Shown here one piece after another: positions 17,444 through 27,866 of a DNA stretch of 64,000 nt (positions within the stretch are counted from its first letter, which is position 1; the number at the start of each line of letters is the position of its first letter). The DNA is from a virus. Its lineage: Duplodnaviria > Caudoviricetes. Position numbers and translations under genes: made by a program. The notes beneath the pieces were generated by a model. It worked only from the letters and a program-made list of their open reading frames with translations, was not told where the DNA came from and did no database searches. Where the stretch lies: positions 6,045 to 70,044 of the IMG/VR virus record IMGVR_UViG_3300010361_000011. One strand, written 5' to 3'.

Positions 17444-18100
17444 ATGTCGATCCCAAAGATTGTCCAGTTAGGTTTCGCGGCAGGCTCGGTAAACAGCATC
17501 GCATTGTCGCAGTCGCCAGCTGCGGCTCCGGTCACCCTCAATGGTGCGCTCGTCAGCGGCGGCGTGGCCGTGTTGGACGCGGCGCGTCCCGTAATCATCA
17601 CCTCGGGCGGCAACGATAGCACCATCAACTATACCGTCACGGGTACGGATGGCACCGGCGCGGCGGTGAACCAGACGCTTGCCGGCGGCAACGCGGCGGC
17701 GGTGACGACGACGCAGAACTTCAAGACCGTCACCAGCGTCACCCATACCGGCTCGGTCGCGACCACGGTGCAGGTAGGCACGACCGGTGCGGTACAGATG
17801 CCAAGCTCCAGTCCCTGGATAGGGCTCAACATCAACAACGATGTCATGACGCCGATCGGCTGCTCGGTCTCGATCACAGGCACCATCAACTACACGGTGG
17901 AATACACCTACGAGCTTAATCCACCAACGGGCTCGCCGGTGCCGTACTCGATCTCGGCTGGGCCGTTGACAGCCAAGACGGCGAACGCCGAGGCGGGCAA
18001 TACGTTCAACTTCCCGGTGGCAGCCCTGCGCCTTACCGCGAACTCAGCGACGGCGCCCGCGAGCGCGCGCATGATCATCATCCAGCAAGGGCCGAGCTGA
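17444..18100 (+). CDS. virion structural protein
   Basis: T/V/G/A-rich beta protein in the structural operon. Confidence 0.7.
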   Translation: MSIPKIVQLGFAAGSVNSIALSQSPAAAPVTLNGALVSGGVAVLDAARPVIITSGGNDSTINYTVTGTDGTGAAVNQTLAGGNAAAVTTTQNFKTVTSVTHTGSVATTVQVGTTGAVQMPSSSPWIGLNINNDVMTPIGCSVSITGTINYTVEYTYELNPPTGSPVPYSISAGPLTAKTANAEAGNTFNFPVAALRLTANSATAPASARMIIIQQGPS

Positions 18101-18798
18101 TGGTAGCGCCAACCAGCGACACCTTCGGTTTTTCGCCCCCGTTCGCCGATGTGATCATCGCTGCATACGGGCGCTGCCAGATACGTCGTCCCGCAATTAC
18201 GGTAGAGCATCTCTTCGATGCTGCTATGGCCGCCAACCTGCTCCAGGTCGAGTGGAGCAACGAACAGGTCAATCTTTGGACCGTCGACCTCCAGACCATA
18301 AATCTCACGCCCAACATCGCGACCTATGACGTCGATCCGACGACCGTGATGATCATGGGCACCTACATCTCGACCGGCGATCCGGCGAAGGATCGCGTCC
18401 TGACCTCGATCGATCGCGACACCTATGCGTCCTATCCCGACAAGATCACGCCGGCGCGGCCAACGGTCTACTGGTTCAACCTCCAGATACAACCGACGAT
18501 CACGCTCTGGCAGCCACCGGATGACGCAACGCCCTACGTGCTGCACTTCTTCCGCGCCCGCCAGATGCAGGATGCCACCGTACCGGGTGGCCTGGGACCG
18601 GAGGTGCCCTATCGCTTCATCGAGGCTTACGTGGCTGGGCTGGCATTCAAACTGTCGGAACTATACGCGCCGGCACGCATGAACGAGCTGGCGACGCGCG
18701 CGACCAATACCTTCCAGAAGGCGAAGGAGCGTGACGTGGAAAATGCGCAACTGCGCATCGTGCCGGCAATGGGTATCTACACAAGCGCGGTGTACTAG
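18100..18798 (+). CDS. head-tail adaptor / tail tubular A-like protein
   Basis: ANLLQVEWSN, VNLWT, RPTVYW...TLWQPPD pattern. Confidence 0.7.
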   Translation: MVAPTSDTFGFSPPFADVIIAAYGRCQIRRPAITVEHLFDAAMAANLLQVEWSNEQVNLWTVDLQTINLTPNIATYDVDPTTVMIMGTYISTGDPAKDRVLTSIDRDTYASYPDKITPARPTVYWFNLQIQPTITLWQPPDDATPYVLHFFRARQMQDATVPGGLGPEVPYRFIEAYVAGLAFKLSELYAPARMNELATRATNTFQKAKERDVENAQLRIVPAMGIYTSAVY

Positions 18799-19098
18799 AT
18801 GAGCTTCGCACCGAAAGGGCACGCCAAGGTCGACCCAACCAAGCCGCAGGCCTTCGGCATCTGCGACATGTGCGGCTTTCAGTATCTGCGCCGTGACTTG
18901 CGTGCCGAGGTGCGCTGGATGGGCAGGGTGCTGCGATGGACCGGCTATCTCGTGTGCCCGACGTGTTGGGATGTTCCCAATCCGACGATACGGCCGATCG
19001 TTCTTCCGGCTGACCCGCCGCCGGTGCTCAATCCGCGCCCAGAGAAGCATGGGCCGGACAAGACCGGGCCGGATTACTTTCCGCCGAAGATACCGTAG
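18799..19098 (+). CDS. zinc-finger virion-module protein
   Basis: AFGICDMCGF...LVCPTCWD. Confidence 0.75.
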   Translation: MSFAPKGHAKVDPTKPQAFGICDMCGFQYLRRDLRAEVRWMGRVLRWTGYLVCPTCWDVPNPTIRPIVLPADPPPVLNPRPEKHGPDKTGPDYFPPKIP

Positions 19099-19109
19099 GA
19101 GAGCGCGAC

Positions 19110-19532
19110 GTGGCGAACACTGTCTATCCGCTCTGGAAAGGCGCCCTACAGACCGAGCTGGCGACGCTCAAGTCGCTCGATCAGCCCGCTCCGAATAATC
19201 CGGCTCTGGCGCTGCTCACGATCGGTGCGGGTGGCTATACCTACTCGGACTTTCACCAGTACTACACCGATCTGACCGGCATTCAGTCGACGCCGAAGGC
19301 ACTGACCTCGAACACGCTGACGTCCAACGTGTTCTCCGCAGCTGGCACAGTGTTCACGGGCGTGACCGGGACGGCGATCGGTGCCTTCGTGATCTTCCGG
19401 CAGAACAGTGGTGCCAACACGACTTGGCGGCTCGTGCTCTACGAGGATACGAACATCATCGGGCTGCCGATGCTGCCCAATGGCGGCAACATTCTGGTGA
19501 CCTGGAGCGCATCGGGGATACTCGCGCTATGA
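19110..19532 (+). CDS. virion structural protein
   Basis: GTG start after GGAG; ends PNGGNILVTWSASGILAL. Confidence 0.7.
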   Translation: MANTVYPLWKGALQTELATLKSLDQPAPNNPALALLTIGAGGYTYSDFHQYYTDLTGIQSTPKALTSNTLTSNVFSAAGTVFTGVTGTAIGAFVIFRQNSGANTTWRLVLYEDTNIIGLPMLPNGGNILVTWSASGILAL

Positions 19533-19867
19533 AGGACCCGATCGTCGAGGCAATCGAGGCGGCGCCCAACGTCCAGGAAGTGTGGGACACACTGGTCCGG
19601 CGGCTGGAAAAGATGCCGATGGATCATGTGTACATTATCGCCGTGAACCTGATCATCCATGGCATTCGGATGTCGGTGCCATACCGGGCATCGGCCGAGA
19701 TGATCATCGATGATTTGTTCGCGCGCGTGAAGATCGCGACGTTCGCGCACTACGATCCGGTGACAGGCAAAAAAAGAGCGGTGGATTTTCCTTATACCCA
19801 GATGTTTCAGCCGCCGTTGCATGTGAACGAAAGCCAGATTTTCCCACCCGGTGGTAAGAAGCAGTGA
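19529..19867 (+). CDS. hypothetical protein
   Basis: ATGA overlap; start MKDPIVE. Confidence 0.6.
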   Translation: MKDPIVEAIEAAPNVQEVWDTLVRRLEKMPMDHVYIIAVNLIIHGIRMSVPYRASAEMIIDDLFARVKIATFAHYDPVTGKKRAVDFPYTQMFQPPLHVNESQIFPPGGKKQ

Positions 19868-19873
19868 CGCGAG

Positions 19874-20227
19874 ATGCAGCCGGCGCAGCTACCCTTGGAC
19901 CTCTATCGCGGAGACAGCCAGCGCATACAGGTCATGCTGTGGACGACGCCGCCAACGGGTACTACGCCCGGCGTTCCATATGATTTGACCGGCGTTATTG
20001 CCAAGTCCGAGATACGCGATCGGCCGGCTGGTCCCCTCATCACGCCGATGACGTGCACGATCACGCTGCCCAACACGATCAATGTCTTTCTCGCGGCAAC
20101 CGACAGCCACAAGCTGCCGGCAAAGGGGGTGTGGGACTTGCAGCTCACTTTTCTTTCGGGCGACGTCAACACGCCGCTTGCTGGCCCCGTTACGGTTACG
20201 CCGGATGTGACCGACAGCACACCGTGA
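19874..20227 (+). CDS. Ig-like fibre adaptor (BppU N-terminal-like)
   Basis: LDLYRGDS...YDLTG...GVWDLQLT...[12 protein letters not shown]. Confidence 0.7.
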   Translation: MQPAQLPLDLYRGDSQRIQVMLWTTPPTGTTPGVPYDLTGVIAKSEIRDRPAGPLITPMTCTITLPNTINVFLAATDSHKLPAKGVWDLQLTFLSGDVNTPLAGPVTVTPDVTDSTP

Positions 20228-20234
20228 GGGGCCG

Positions 20235-22574
20235 ATGGTTGATGAGACCTTTCAGATCATCTCCGTCGACGTCAGCCAGCCGCCGCCGCCGGATGTCGCT
20301 GTCACCCTCGTCGAGGTCGATGTCGTTGTCCCGCCCGGGCCGACGAGCATCGACGTCGACATACCGCCGCCATTGGCGTCGAGCATCAGCTTCATCCCGG
20401 TTGGCGCGCAAGGCCCGCCCGGTGCGCAAGGCCCGCAAGGTCCGCAAGGCACACCGGGTAAGGATGGGGCGCCGGGAGCGGCTGGCGCAGCTGGGCCTAC
20501 TGGCCCGCAAGGTGCAACAGGTAACACGGGCCCCGCTGGTCCTGTCGGTCCCGCTGGCCCCACCGGTCCTGCTGGCCCCGTCGCCTCGCTCAACACGCTG
20601 ACCGGTGCGCTGACGATCGCGCAGGGCACCGGCATCAACGTGGCGTCGGGCGGCACGACGATCACGATCTCTGCGCCATTGTTTTCGAACACTGTGCAAG
20701 GCGAGGTTCCTGCCAGCGCTGGCGGCACGACTAACTACTTGAGGGCGGACGGTACTTGGGCGGCGCCAGCGGGTGGCATCGGCGATGTGCCGAGCACGAT
20801 GGTCACCGATAATTTCAATCGCGCCAATGGTGGCCTGGGCGCAAACTGGACGACTTCATCGGACCTCGCCACTGCTGGTGGCGGCAGTTTGCAGATTTCG
20901 GGCAATCAGGTCGTATCATCGCCAACCAATGTTAATTTTATTTCGTTCTACAGCGGCGCTTCGTTTCCAAACGACCAGTATGCACAGGCGACAATCATCG
21001 GCGGCATTGCTGGCTACTCCACTGCTGGCGTCGTGGTGCGACATCAAGGAAGTGGCGGCTCGAGCTTCTATTTGTTCAACGGTTATCCAGGAGCCGGTCC
21101 TTCCCAAGTCGCTTACTTTCGTTGTGATGCTGGAAACTGGACTTTACTTGCGAGCTACAACGCCCCAGTCAACAGCGGCTCGATCTTAAAACTGCGGGTT
21201 GTCGGTAGTACGCTGACCGGCAGCGTCGATGGGGTAGATCAACCAAGCGTCACCGATACGACCTATGCCAGCGGCTTTCCTGGCATTCATTGCCGCAGCG
21301 GAGCGGCCGACGATTTCCAAGCCGGGGATTTTGTTATCTATGGCCGCCGCAGCGATCACGTTTGGGCTGACCTATCGGCAAGCTTTCAGCCGCTCATCAC
21401 GCCTGCTGCACTGACCGCAGTCAATGATACGAACGTCACGTTGACGCTCGGCGGCTCGCCATCGACTGCGCTGATCAACGCAGCTTCAATCACGGTTGGT
21501 TGGACCGGCACGCTCGCAGCGGCCCGGCATCCGGCACTGACCGGCGATGTGACATGCGCGGCCGGCACGGTCGCAACCACATTGGCGACGGTCAATGCCA
21601 ACGTCGGCACGTTTCAGGGGATTACGGTCAATGCCAAAGGCTTGGTCACTGCTGCGGTGGCGCAAGGTTATCTAACCGCTAACCAGACCGTCACGCTGAG
21701 CGGCGATGTCACCGGCTCGGGCGCTACCGCGATCACCGCCACGATTGCCAATGCGGCGGTGACGAATGCCAAGCTCGCCAACATGGCGGCGAACTCGATC
21801 AAGGGCAACAACACCGGCAGCGCCGCAACACCGATCGACTTAACCGCCGCACAAGTCGATGCGATGCTGCCGGTGTTTACTGCGACGCTCAACGGCTTGG
21901 CGCCGCTCAGCGGCGGCGGCACAACAAACTACCTCAGAGCTGATGGCGCTTGGGCTGCGCCACCTGGAGGCGCAGCTCCAGCGCTGCCGACACAACAGAT
22001 ATTCCTGTCCGGCAGCGGCACTTACACGACGCCAACGTCACCTGTTTGTCGGCGGCTTGAAGTGATGCTAGTCGGCGGTGGTTGTGGTGGTGCCAGCGCT
22101 GGCGTTGGAGGGGCAGGTGGCAACACGACATTCGGTGCAGCAACCGCTGGCGGGGCACCAGCTCAAAGCCTTTATTATAATTCCGGTGCTCCCGGCACTG
22201 CATCTGGCGGCACGATCAACATCGGCGGCGGTTATGGATCGGACCCAAGTACGATTTCTGCGACCTACAACAACGCAGGCGGCAATGGTGGCGCGAGCTA
22301 TTTCGGCGGTGCTGGCGGTGGTGGCAACGGCAGAGCCGGTACCCCCGCTGCGGCGAATAGCGGAGCGGGCGGCGGCGGCGGCGGGGCAAGTGCTGGCAGT
22401 GGCGGTGGCGCGGGCGGCTCGTCCGGTGGTTTCGTGATTTTGTATATCAACAATCCCGCTGCGACCTATGCCTATGCAGTCGGCGCTGCTGGTGCTGGCG
22501 CTGCGGCTTCCGGCAATACTTCTGCTGGCGGCAATGGGGCGGCAGGCATCATCATCGTGCGGGAGTTCTACTGA
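20235..22574 (+). CDS. tail fibre with collagen-like repeat, lectin-like domain and Gly-rich C-terminal domain
   Basis: G-X-Y repeats at about 20405-20580; [14 protein letters not shown] domain; LTGDV repeats; [16 protein letters not shown] twice; Gly-rich tip. Confidence 0.85.
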   Translation: MVDETFQIISVDVSQPPPPDVAVTLVEVDVVVPPGPTSIDVDIPPPLASSISFIPVGAQGPPGAQGPQGPQGTPGKDGAPGAAGAAGPTGPQGATGNTGPAGPVGPAGPTGPAGPVASLNTLTGALTIAQGTGINVASGGTTITISAPLFSNTVQGEVPASAGGTTNYLRADGTWAAPAGGIGDVPSTMVTDNFNRANGGLGANWTTSSDLATAGGGSLQISGNQVVSSPTNVNFISFYSGASFPNDQYAQATIIGGIAGYSTAGVVVRHQGSGGSSFYLFNGYPGAGPSQVAYFRCDAGNWTLLASYNAPVNSGSILKLRVVGSTLTGSVDGVDQPSVTDTTYASGFPGIHCRSGAADDFQAGDFVIYGRRSDHVWADLSASFQPLITPAALTAVNDTNVTLTLGGSPSTALINAASITVGWTGTLAAARHPALTGDVTCAAGTVATTLATVNANVGTFQGITVNAKGLVTAAVAQGYLTANQTVTLSGDVTGSGATAITATIANAAVTNAKLANMAANSIKGNNTGSAATPIDLTAAQVDAMLPVFTATLNGLAPLSGGGTTNYLRADGAWAAPPGGAAPALPTQQIFLSGSGTYTTPTSPVCRRLEVMLVGGGCGGASAGVGGAGGNTTFGAATAGGAPAQSLYYNSGAPGTASGGTINIGGGYGSDPSTISATYNNAGGNGGASYFGGAGGGGNGRAGTPAAANSGAGGGGGGASAGSGGGAGGSSGGFVILYINNPAATYAYAVGAAGAGAAASGNTSAGGNGAAGIIIVREFY

Positions 22575-22873
22575 TGGCAACGAAGATCGTTTATGAGCCG
22601 CAGTACATGCTTTCCGGTTGGTTCGACGACAGCGGATCGTCAATGGATTCCTGGTTCGATCGCGACCTCGGTAACACCGTGATCATTTCGCTTGTGCAGA
22701 TGTTTCCGCCACTCTTGGTCAACCAGAGCATCTTCTTCACGCCGCCACCGCTCACTTACGAAGTACTGCCGGCGTTGCTCGTCAACCAAAGCGTGTTTTT
22801 CCAGCCAACCAGCGTCACTCGCCTCGACGCGCCGGATCAAATGCTCAAGAATGAGGTACGCCGACTCAGATAA
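22574..22873 (+). CDS. small tail-associated protein
   Basis: Internal PxLLVNQSxFFxP duplication; N-terminal 30 aa also present inside the nozzle gene. Confidence 0.7.
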   Translation: MATKIVYEPQYMLSGWFDDSGSSMDSWFDRDLGNTVIISLVQMFPPLLVNQSIFFTPPPLTYEVLPALLVNQSVFFQPTSVTRLDAPDQMLKNEVRRLR

Positions 22874-22882
22874 GGTGCAGCC

Positions 22883-23218
22883 ATGTACGTGGGACGGGAT
22901 TTTTCTCCCCAGGACAAGGACGAGTCCGAGGTGCTCGGCCTCGATTTCGTGAATGACGTGGATCAGGACGAGGTCCTGATGGCGTCGAGCTGGTCGATCT
23001 TCGTCGTCGCCGGCGTCGATGCCAATCCCGCGCAGCACTTGCAAGGTCCGTCCGTCGAGGTCGTGCCGAAGGACGGCAGCGTCAAGACCGGGACGATCCA
23101 GCGTTTCGGCGGAGCGTTGTCCGGTGTGACCTACAAGGTCAAAGCTTCGGTCATCACCACGCGCGGCAACGTGCGCAGCTTGTGGTCGCACATTCGTGGT
23201 GTGGGAACGGAACCATGA
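22883..23218 (+). CDS. fibre-tail adaptor protein
   Basis: DKDESEVLGLDF...GGALSGVTYKV...TTRG pattern. Confidence 0.65.
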   Translation: MYVGRDFSPQDKDESEVLGLDFVNDVDQDEVLMASSWSIFVVAGVDANPAQHLQGPSVEVVPKDGSVKTGTIQRFGGALSGVTYKVKASVITTRGNVRSLWSHIRGVGTEP

Positions 23219-23958
23219 CATACGATGAGGTCGTGTCCCAGCTCAAGACGATGCTGGCGGTCGAGTTGAACGACGAGGACGCCAACTTTACTCGCATCAT
23301 CCCGGCAATGATGCTCTACGCCGATGGGCGCATCTATCGCGAGATAAACTTTCTTGCCGCTAAGATCACGCAGCCGGTGTCGCTTACCGCGTTTAACCGA
23401 GAGATTCAGTTGCCGGCTTCGGTGCGCGTGCTGCGTGCCATCAATGTGCTAACGCCGGTGCAGGTCGGGAACGTGGTCAGCTTCAGCGCCAAGCGCAATC
23501 CGCTGGAGCGGGTATCGGTGGAAGCGTTGGATTTCTTCTGGCCGGATGCTTCCTTGAAACCTGGGGTGCCGCAGAAGTACGCAGTCTTCGGCATCAACAC
23601 GGGACCGGCGGTTCCGGGCGTAGACCTGATCTATACCGTGCGGCTCATGCCGACGCCGGATAAGGCTTATTTGGCGGAGGTGCTTGGCGAAATCCGGCCT
23701 GATCCGTTGGCGCCGGAAAATCCGCAGACTTTCTTGAGCGTCTTGTACCCGGAATTGTTCATTGCGGCTTGCATGGTTTACGGCACCGGCTATCAGCGTG
23801 ACTTTGGCGCCCAGGCTGATGATCCGGCGCGTGCGCAAAGCTGGGAGGCTCAATACACGTTCTTGAAGGCAGGCGTTTTAGAGCAGGTGGGACGCATGGC
23901 GGGCAAGGACGAAGACATCGCCGTGCCTGGAGGCAGCCGTGCCGCTGGCCAAGCCTAG
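23215..23958 (+). CDS. head-tail adaptor-like protein
   Basis: GVPQKY...LMPTPDKAY...LSVLYPELFIAACM; start MTYDEV at 23215. Confidence 0.7.
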   Translation: MTYDEVVSQLKTMLAVELNDEDANFTRIIPAMMLYADGRIYREINFLAAKITQPVSLTAFNREIQLPASVRVLRAINVLTPVQVGNVVSFSAKRNPLERVSVEALDFFWPDASLKPGVPQKYAVFGINTGPAVPGVDLIYTVRLMPTPDKAYLAEVLGEIRPDPLAPENPQTFLSVLYPELFIAACMVYGTGYQRDFGAQADDPARAQSWEAQYTFLKAGVLEQVGRMAGKDEDIAVPGGSRAAGQA

Positions 23959-26737
23959 AGCGCCGCCCGGCTTTCAGTCGCAGGCAACGCAAGTCCAGGC
24001 GCTGGGGGCATGGTATGCCGGCAACTTGGTGCGCTGGCGCACCGGATTTCTCGAGAAATGGGCCGGATGGCAGCGGCTCTTTCCCGACCCTTTTGCCTCG
24101 ATCGTGCGACGGATGCACGCTTGGCTCGATCTCGGTAATCAGCGAAACCTGCTCGTCGCCAGCGACCTCGGTGTCCAACTCGCTGTCGAGAGCACGGTCT
24201 ACGGACTTGGGCCGCAGGTTCAGGTTCATGGTGGTGATATCCTGGAGATCGGGCCTGCGGGCGGCGCGCAGTTTTCGGTCACGTCCGGCTCGACCACGGT
24301 TACTGTCAACACTGCCGGTGTTGCCATTCCGGGAGGAACTTTCTTCTTCGAGCTTCCGATCTCGATCGGCGGCCAGATCATCGCCGCCGGCACGTTCTTC
24401 CCGATCAAGGCGGTAGTGGCGGGCGGCTTCAGCTTTGATATGCCGCTGGCGGCGGCGACGACTGAGACCAATGTTTTTGGCCTGCGGCTCTTCACCAACG
24501 ACAGTCCAAACCGGATGACGTGCACCTGGAAAGCACACGGGCTTTCGGTCAACAGCAGGATAAGGTTTCAGCAGACGACGACGATCCGCTATGGCGCGCC
24601 TGGTACTTGGGAGGGCATCAACTTTTCCGCTCCTGCCGGCACCGAGGTGGTCATCGATGGCGTGCCCGACGCCGATCACTTCACGTTTGCGATGGGGACG
24701 TTGGGAACAGGCGATGGCTCCGGGGCCGCTACTCGGCAAGTCTATGACGGGTGCTCGAGTGAGCACGGCACATCTGGCAGCTTCGTCACCTCGCTCGGCA
24801 ACGTGATCGGCGCGGCTATCTTACAGCCGCTGGGTAATCCGCAGCGGCAGGCTTGGTTTTTGGCCAACCTCGGCCAGGACGGGCTGGTGCTAGCTTCGGA
24901 TGGACCGTTGCAGGTTTATCATCCCCCCATCACCAACGGGCCGTTCCTCAACACGGTGGGGGCGGGGCCGCCGGCGACTGCGCCGCAAATCAACAAGGGC
25001 ATGATCGTCGCCATGCCGCAGGCGCAGGTGATCCTGTTCGGCTCCGAGCCGATCATGGGGTCCGGCGTCATCGATCCACTGCTGGTGCGCTGGTCCGATG
25101 CTGGCACCTTTGACGTCTACAGTGCGACGGTTTCCAACCAAGCCGGCAGCTATCGGCTCTCGCGCGGCTCGCGCATCGTCGGTGCCATCCAGGCGCCGCA
25201 GGCGACGTTGCTGTTTACCGACGTAGACGTCTGGATGATGAGCTACATCGGGCCGCCGCTGATTTACGGTTTCACGATAATGGGCACGGGCTGCGGTCTG
25301 GTGGCACCACATGCCGTCGCCACGCTCGGGCAAACGACGATCTGGCAGGCGGTGAAAGGTTTCTGGCAGTTTGCTGGTGGCGGCGTGCAGCAGCTGCCTT
25401 GCACGGTATGGGACTTCATCTTCAACGACGTCGACACCGTCAACATCAACAAGTGCCACGCCGCGCCCAACAGCACCACCAACGAGGTCGCGTTCTATTT
25501 TCCGTCGTTGAACATGTCGCTGATGCCGAGCGGCAACCTGCTGTTATGGTCAGTGGCGCTGTGGCAGGCGGGCGTATGGGCTCCGACCGGAGCCACGGCC
25601 ACGATCTACGCCTTGTTCAAGGCGCTCTATCTCTACGAGCCGCAATATCGCCTGTCGGGCTGGCTCGACGACAGCGGCATAGCGCTGATCAGCTGGTGGG
25701 ATCGCGACCTGGGAGGAACGGTTACGACCTACATCCTGGCGCCGGATGGCAGCGGCGCCAACGTGAACCTCCAGGAGCTTGCCACCACCGGACTGCATGA
25801 AATCAGGCAGACGATTGCCAAGACCACGACGGCAACCACGTACACGTTTTCCATCTACGCGCATGTCAGCTCAACGCGCAATCTGACGCTGCGCGCCGGC
25901 AGCAACCTGGGCTACGCCTACGCGACCTTCAACGTAACCAACGGTACGGTCGTCGCCAGCGGCGTGACCAGTCCTCTATTCGTGATGAACTCTGCCACGG
26001 TGATAACCGAGCAGACGCAGACCATCACGGCATCCGGCCCCGGTGGCAATGGCTGGATGCGCTACATCATGACGTTCACGAGCGATACCGAGAACACGCT
26101 TTATGTGGCGCTCAACGATACCAATGGTGCGGTGCTGAGCTATCTCGGCGTGCCGCCCAATGGTTGCCTGATCTGGGGTGCGCAGCTGGTGCAGGGCGGA
26201 CAGCCGCTGGACTTTCAGGTCACTGGCGGCACGCTGACGCAGAACGAGCCCGCGCACTACGTCAAGTTCAACGTGGTCGAGAATAATGCCTGGGACAGCG
26301 GGGCGCTCGAGCGCACGGCGTGGCTCGACAACAATGTGTGGGGAACACCGCTCGGTGCCGATGCAAACAATCTCGTGCAGCAGCATGAACGCGGCTACGA
26401 TGCCGACACCGTGCCGATGAGCGGCGTCTTCGCAGAGAGCGGATTTACCGAGATCGGCGACGGCAGCATGATGATGATGGTCGACGAGGTGCAGCCGGAT
26501 TTCAAATGGTTCGGGGCAAACGGCGGCGTCAGGGTATCGCTTCGGGCGGCGAACTATCCGCAAGGACCCAGGCATCTGTTTGGTCCTTACACGATGACGC
26601 CGACGCGGCAATACTTCAGCCCGCGCGTCCGCGCCCGCTACGTGGCGGTGCGCTATGACTGGGAGCCGGTGAAGGGATTCTCGTCCCGCGTCGGTGCCTG
26701 CACCTATCGGCTCAAGCCAGCGGGGCGGCGGCCATGA
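23939..26737 (+). CDS. tail nozzle / DNA stabilisation protein (P22 gp10-like) with inserted domains
   Basis: GNLVRW, LVRWSD, AGSYRL and CTVWDFIF beta-propeller motifs; inserted beta-barrel repeats and a CBM-like NLLLWS...GAQL domain. Confidence 0.8.
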   Translation: MPLAKPRAPPGFQSQATQVQALGAWYAGNLVRWRTGFLEKWAGWQRLFPDPFASIVRRMHAWLDLGNQRNLLVASDLGVQLAVESTVYGLGPQVQVHGGDILEIGPAGGAQFSVTSGSTTVTVNTAGVAIPGGTFFFELPISIGGQIIAAGTFFPIKAVVAGGFSFDMPLAAATTETNVFGLRLFTNDSPNRMTCTWKAHGLSVNSRIRFQQTTTIRYGAPGTWEGINFSAPAGTEVVIDGVPDADHFTFAMGTLGTGDGSGAATRQVYDGCSSEHGTSGSFVTSLGNVIGAAILQPLGNPQRQAWFLANLGQDGLVLASDGPLQVYHPPITNGPFLNTVGAGPPATAPQINKGMIVAMPQAQVILFGSEPIMGSGVIDPLLVRWSDAGTFDVYSATVSNQAGSYRLSRGSRIVGAIQAPQATLLFTDVDVWMMSYIGPPLIYGFTIMGTGCGLVAPHAVATLGQTTIWQAVKGFWQFAGGGVQQLPCTVWDFIFNDVDTVNINKCHAAPNSTTNEVAFYFPSLNMSLMPSGNLLLWSVALWQAGVWAPTGATATIYALFKALYLYEPQYRLSGWLDDSGIALISWWDRDLGGTVTTYILAPDGSGANVNLQELATTGLHEIRQTIAKTTTATTYTFSIYAHVSSTRNLTLRAGSNLGYAYATFNVTNGTVVASGVTSPLFVMNSATVITEQTQTITASGPGGNGWMRYIMTFTSDTENTLYVALNDTNGAVLSYLGVPPNGCLIWGAQLVQGGQPLDFQVTGGTLTQNEPAHYVKFNVVENNAWDSGALERTAWLDNNVWGTPLGADANNLVQQHERGYDADTVPMSGVFAESGFTEIGDGSMMMMVDEVQPDFKWFGANGGVRVSLRAANYPQGPRHLFGPYTMTPTRQYFSPRVRARYVAVRYDWEPVKGFSSRVGACTYRLKPAGRRP

Positions 26738-27000
26738 CTATTGTCGGCACGCAGTTCGTCGAGAACTGGCGTCTGTTTGCGCAATCGATTAGCGGGTTGG
26801 CGGACCATCTCAGCAATGCGATTGGTATCCAGTGCAAGCCGGTCACCTTTGCCAATCTGCCGCCGTCGCCTGCGGCCGGGATGGTTGCGTGCGTTAGCGA
26901 CAGCAGCATCAACACCTGGGGCAGCACGATTGCTGGCGGTGGGACTTTCAACGTGTTGGCGTTCTACAATGGCACGAACTGGACGGTGGCTGCGAAATGA
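26734..27000 (+). CDS. small tail protein
   Basis: ATGA overlap; TFANLP...GMVACVSD...FYNGTNW fibre-type motif. Confidence 0.65.
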   Translation: MTIVGTQFVENWRLFAQSISGLADHLSNAIGIQCKPVTFANLPPSPAAGMVACVSDSSINTWGSTIAGGGTFNVLAFYNGTNWTVAAK

Positions 27001-27191
27001 ACGGACAAAGCGGATACGCAAACCTGGAGCCCCCGACGACGCAGCAGGTGCCGTCAGCGTCGCCGACATTGGAAAATGACGAGCTGTCGGGCCTTCAGTG
27101 GGCAGGAATCATGCGGATGGCGGTCGCTGCGGCGCAGCGCCTGCACGTTGCCTTCGATGGCTTCTTTCTCCATCCGAAGAACCTATCATGA
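26997..27191 (+). CDS. hypothetical protein
   Basis: Coupled overlaps on both sides. Confidence 0.5.
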   Translation: MNGQSGYANLEPPTTQQVPSASPTLENDELSGLQWAGIMRMAVAAAQRLHVAFDGFFLHPKNLS

Positions 27192-27436
27192 GCGAGCCAC
27201 TGGACCGCTACCTTGCGGACTCTTATCGTCGCGACGTCATGGGCGAATCAGTTAAGGTCGAGATACCGGCGGGCGATCCGCAGCTGGTCGCGGAGATCGA
27301 GACCGAGGTCGCGCGCATCGATGCCTTGCATCTGGGCGCGAACCTCGCCAACCGTGACTTCGCGAGCTATCAGAACCGACGCGCGCTGGTACGATTGCTG
27401 ATGCAGCTGAGGGCACAACATGCCGCTGACAAATGA
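27188..27436 (+). CDS. hypothetical protein
   Basis: Start MSEPLD at 27188. Confidence 0.55.
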   Translation: MSEPLDRYLADSYRRDVMGESVKVEIPAGDPQLVAEIETEVARIDALHLGANLANRDFASYQNRRALVRLLMQLRAQHAADK

Positions 27437-27866
27437 GGAAAAGGCCTATCTTGCTGGCGTCCTCGACGGCGAGGGTTGCGTTGGCGTGGCGTGGCGGCAG
27501 GTGTATCTCACGCCCATAATACAGGTTACGAACACAAATCTGATTCTTCTCAACTGGCTTCACGATCGTTACGGCGGTTCTATTCGTGGACGGCCAGATG
27601 CACGACCAACCCGCAAGCCAAGCTTTTGTTGGACAGTCTGTGGTCAGAAAGCCCTGGCGGTCTTGAGAGATGCAAGACCGTACTTACTCTTGAAAACAGA
27701 GCAGGCAGACATCGCGCTGGCATTGCCTAGACGCTCGCGCACAGAGCGCAATCGCGATGTGTCTGGTCGATATATACGCTCGATGTCGACGGCCGAGATT
27801 TTTGCGAATCAGCAAGCGAAAGCGCGTATTGCGGAACTCAACCGCAGGGGGCTTTCATGCCATTAA
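27420..27866 (+). mobile_element. free-standing single-motif LAGLIDADG homing endonuclease-like gene
   Basis: AYLAGVLDGEGCV motif, IQVTNTN, YGGSI, and PYLLLK. Confidence 0.8.

Noticed and set aside
20235-26737. Diversity-generating retroelement targeting tail proteins
   Set aside because: No reverse transcriptase is present, and the internal repeats differ at all base types rather than only at adenines.
27420-27866. Group I intron hosting the LAGLIDADG gene
   Set aside because: The ORF overlaps both neighbours, leaving no flanking non-coding sequence for P1-P9 structure.
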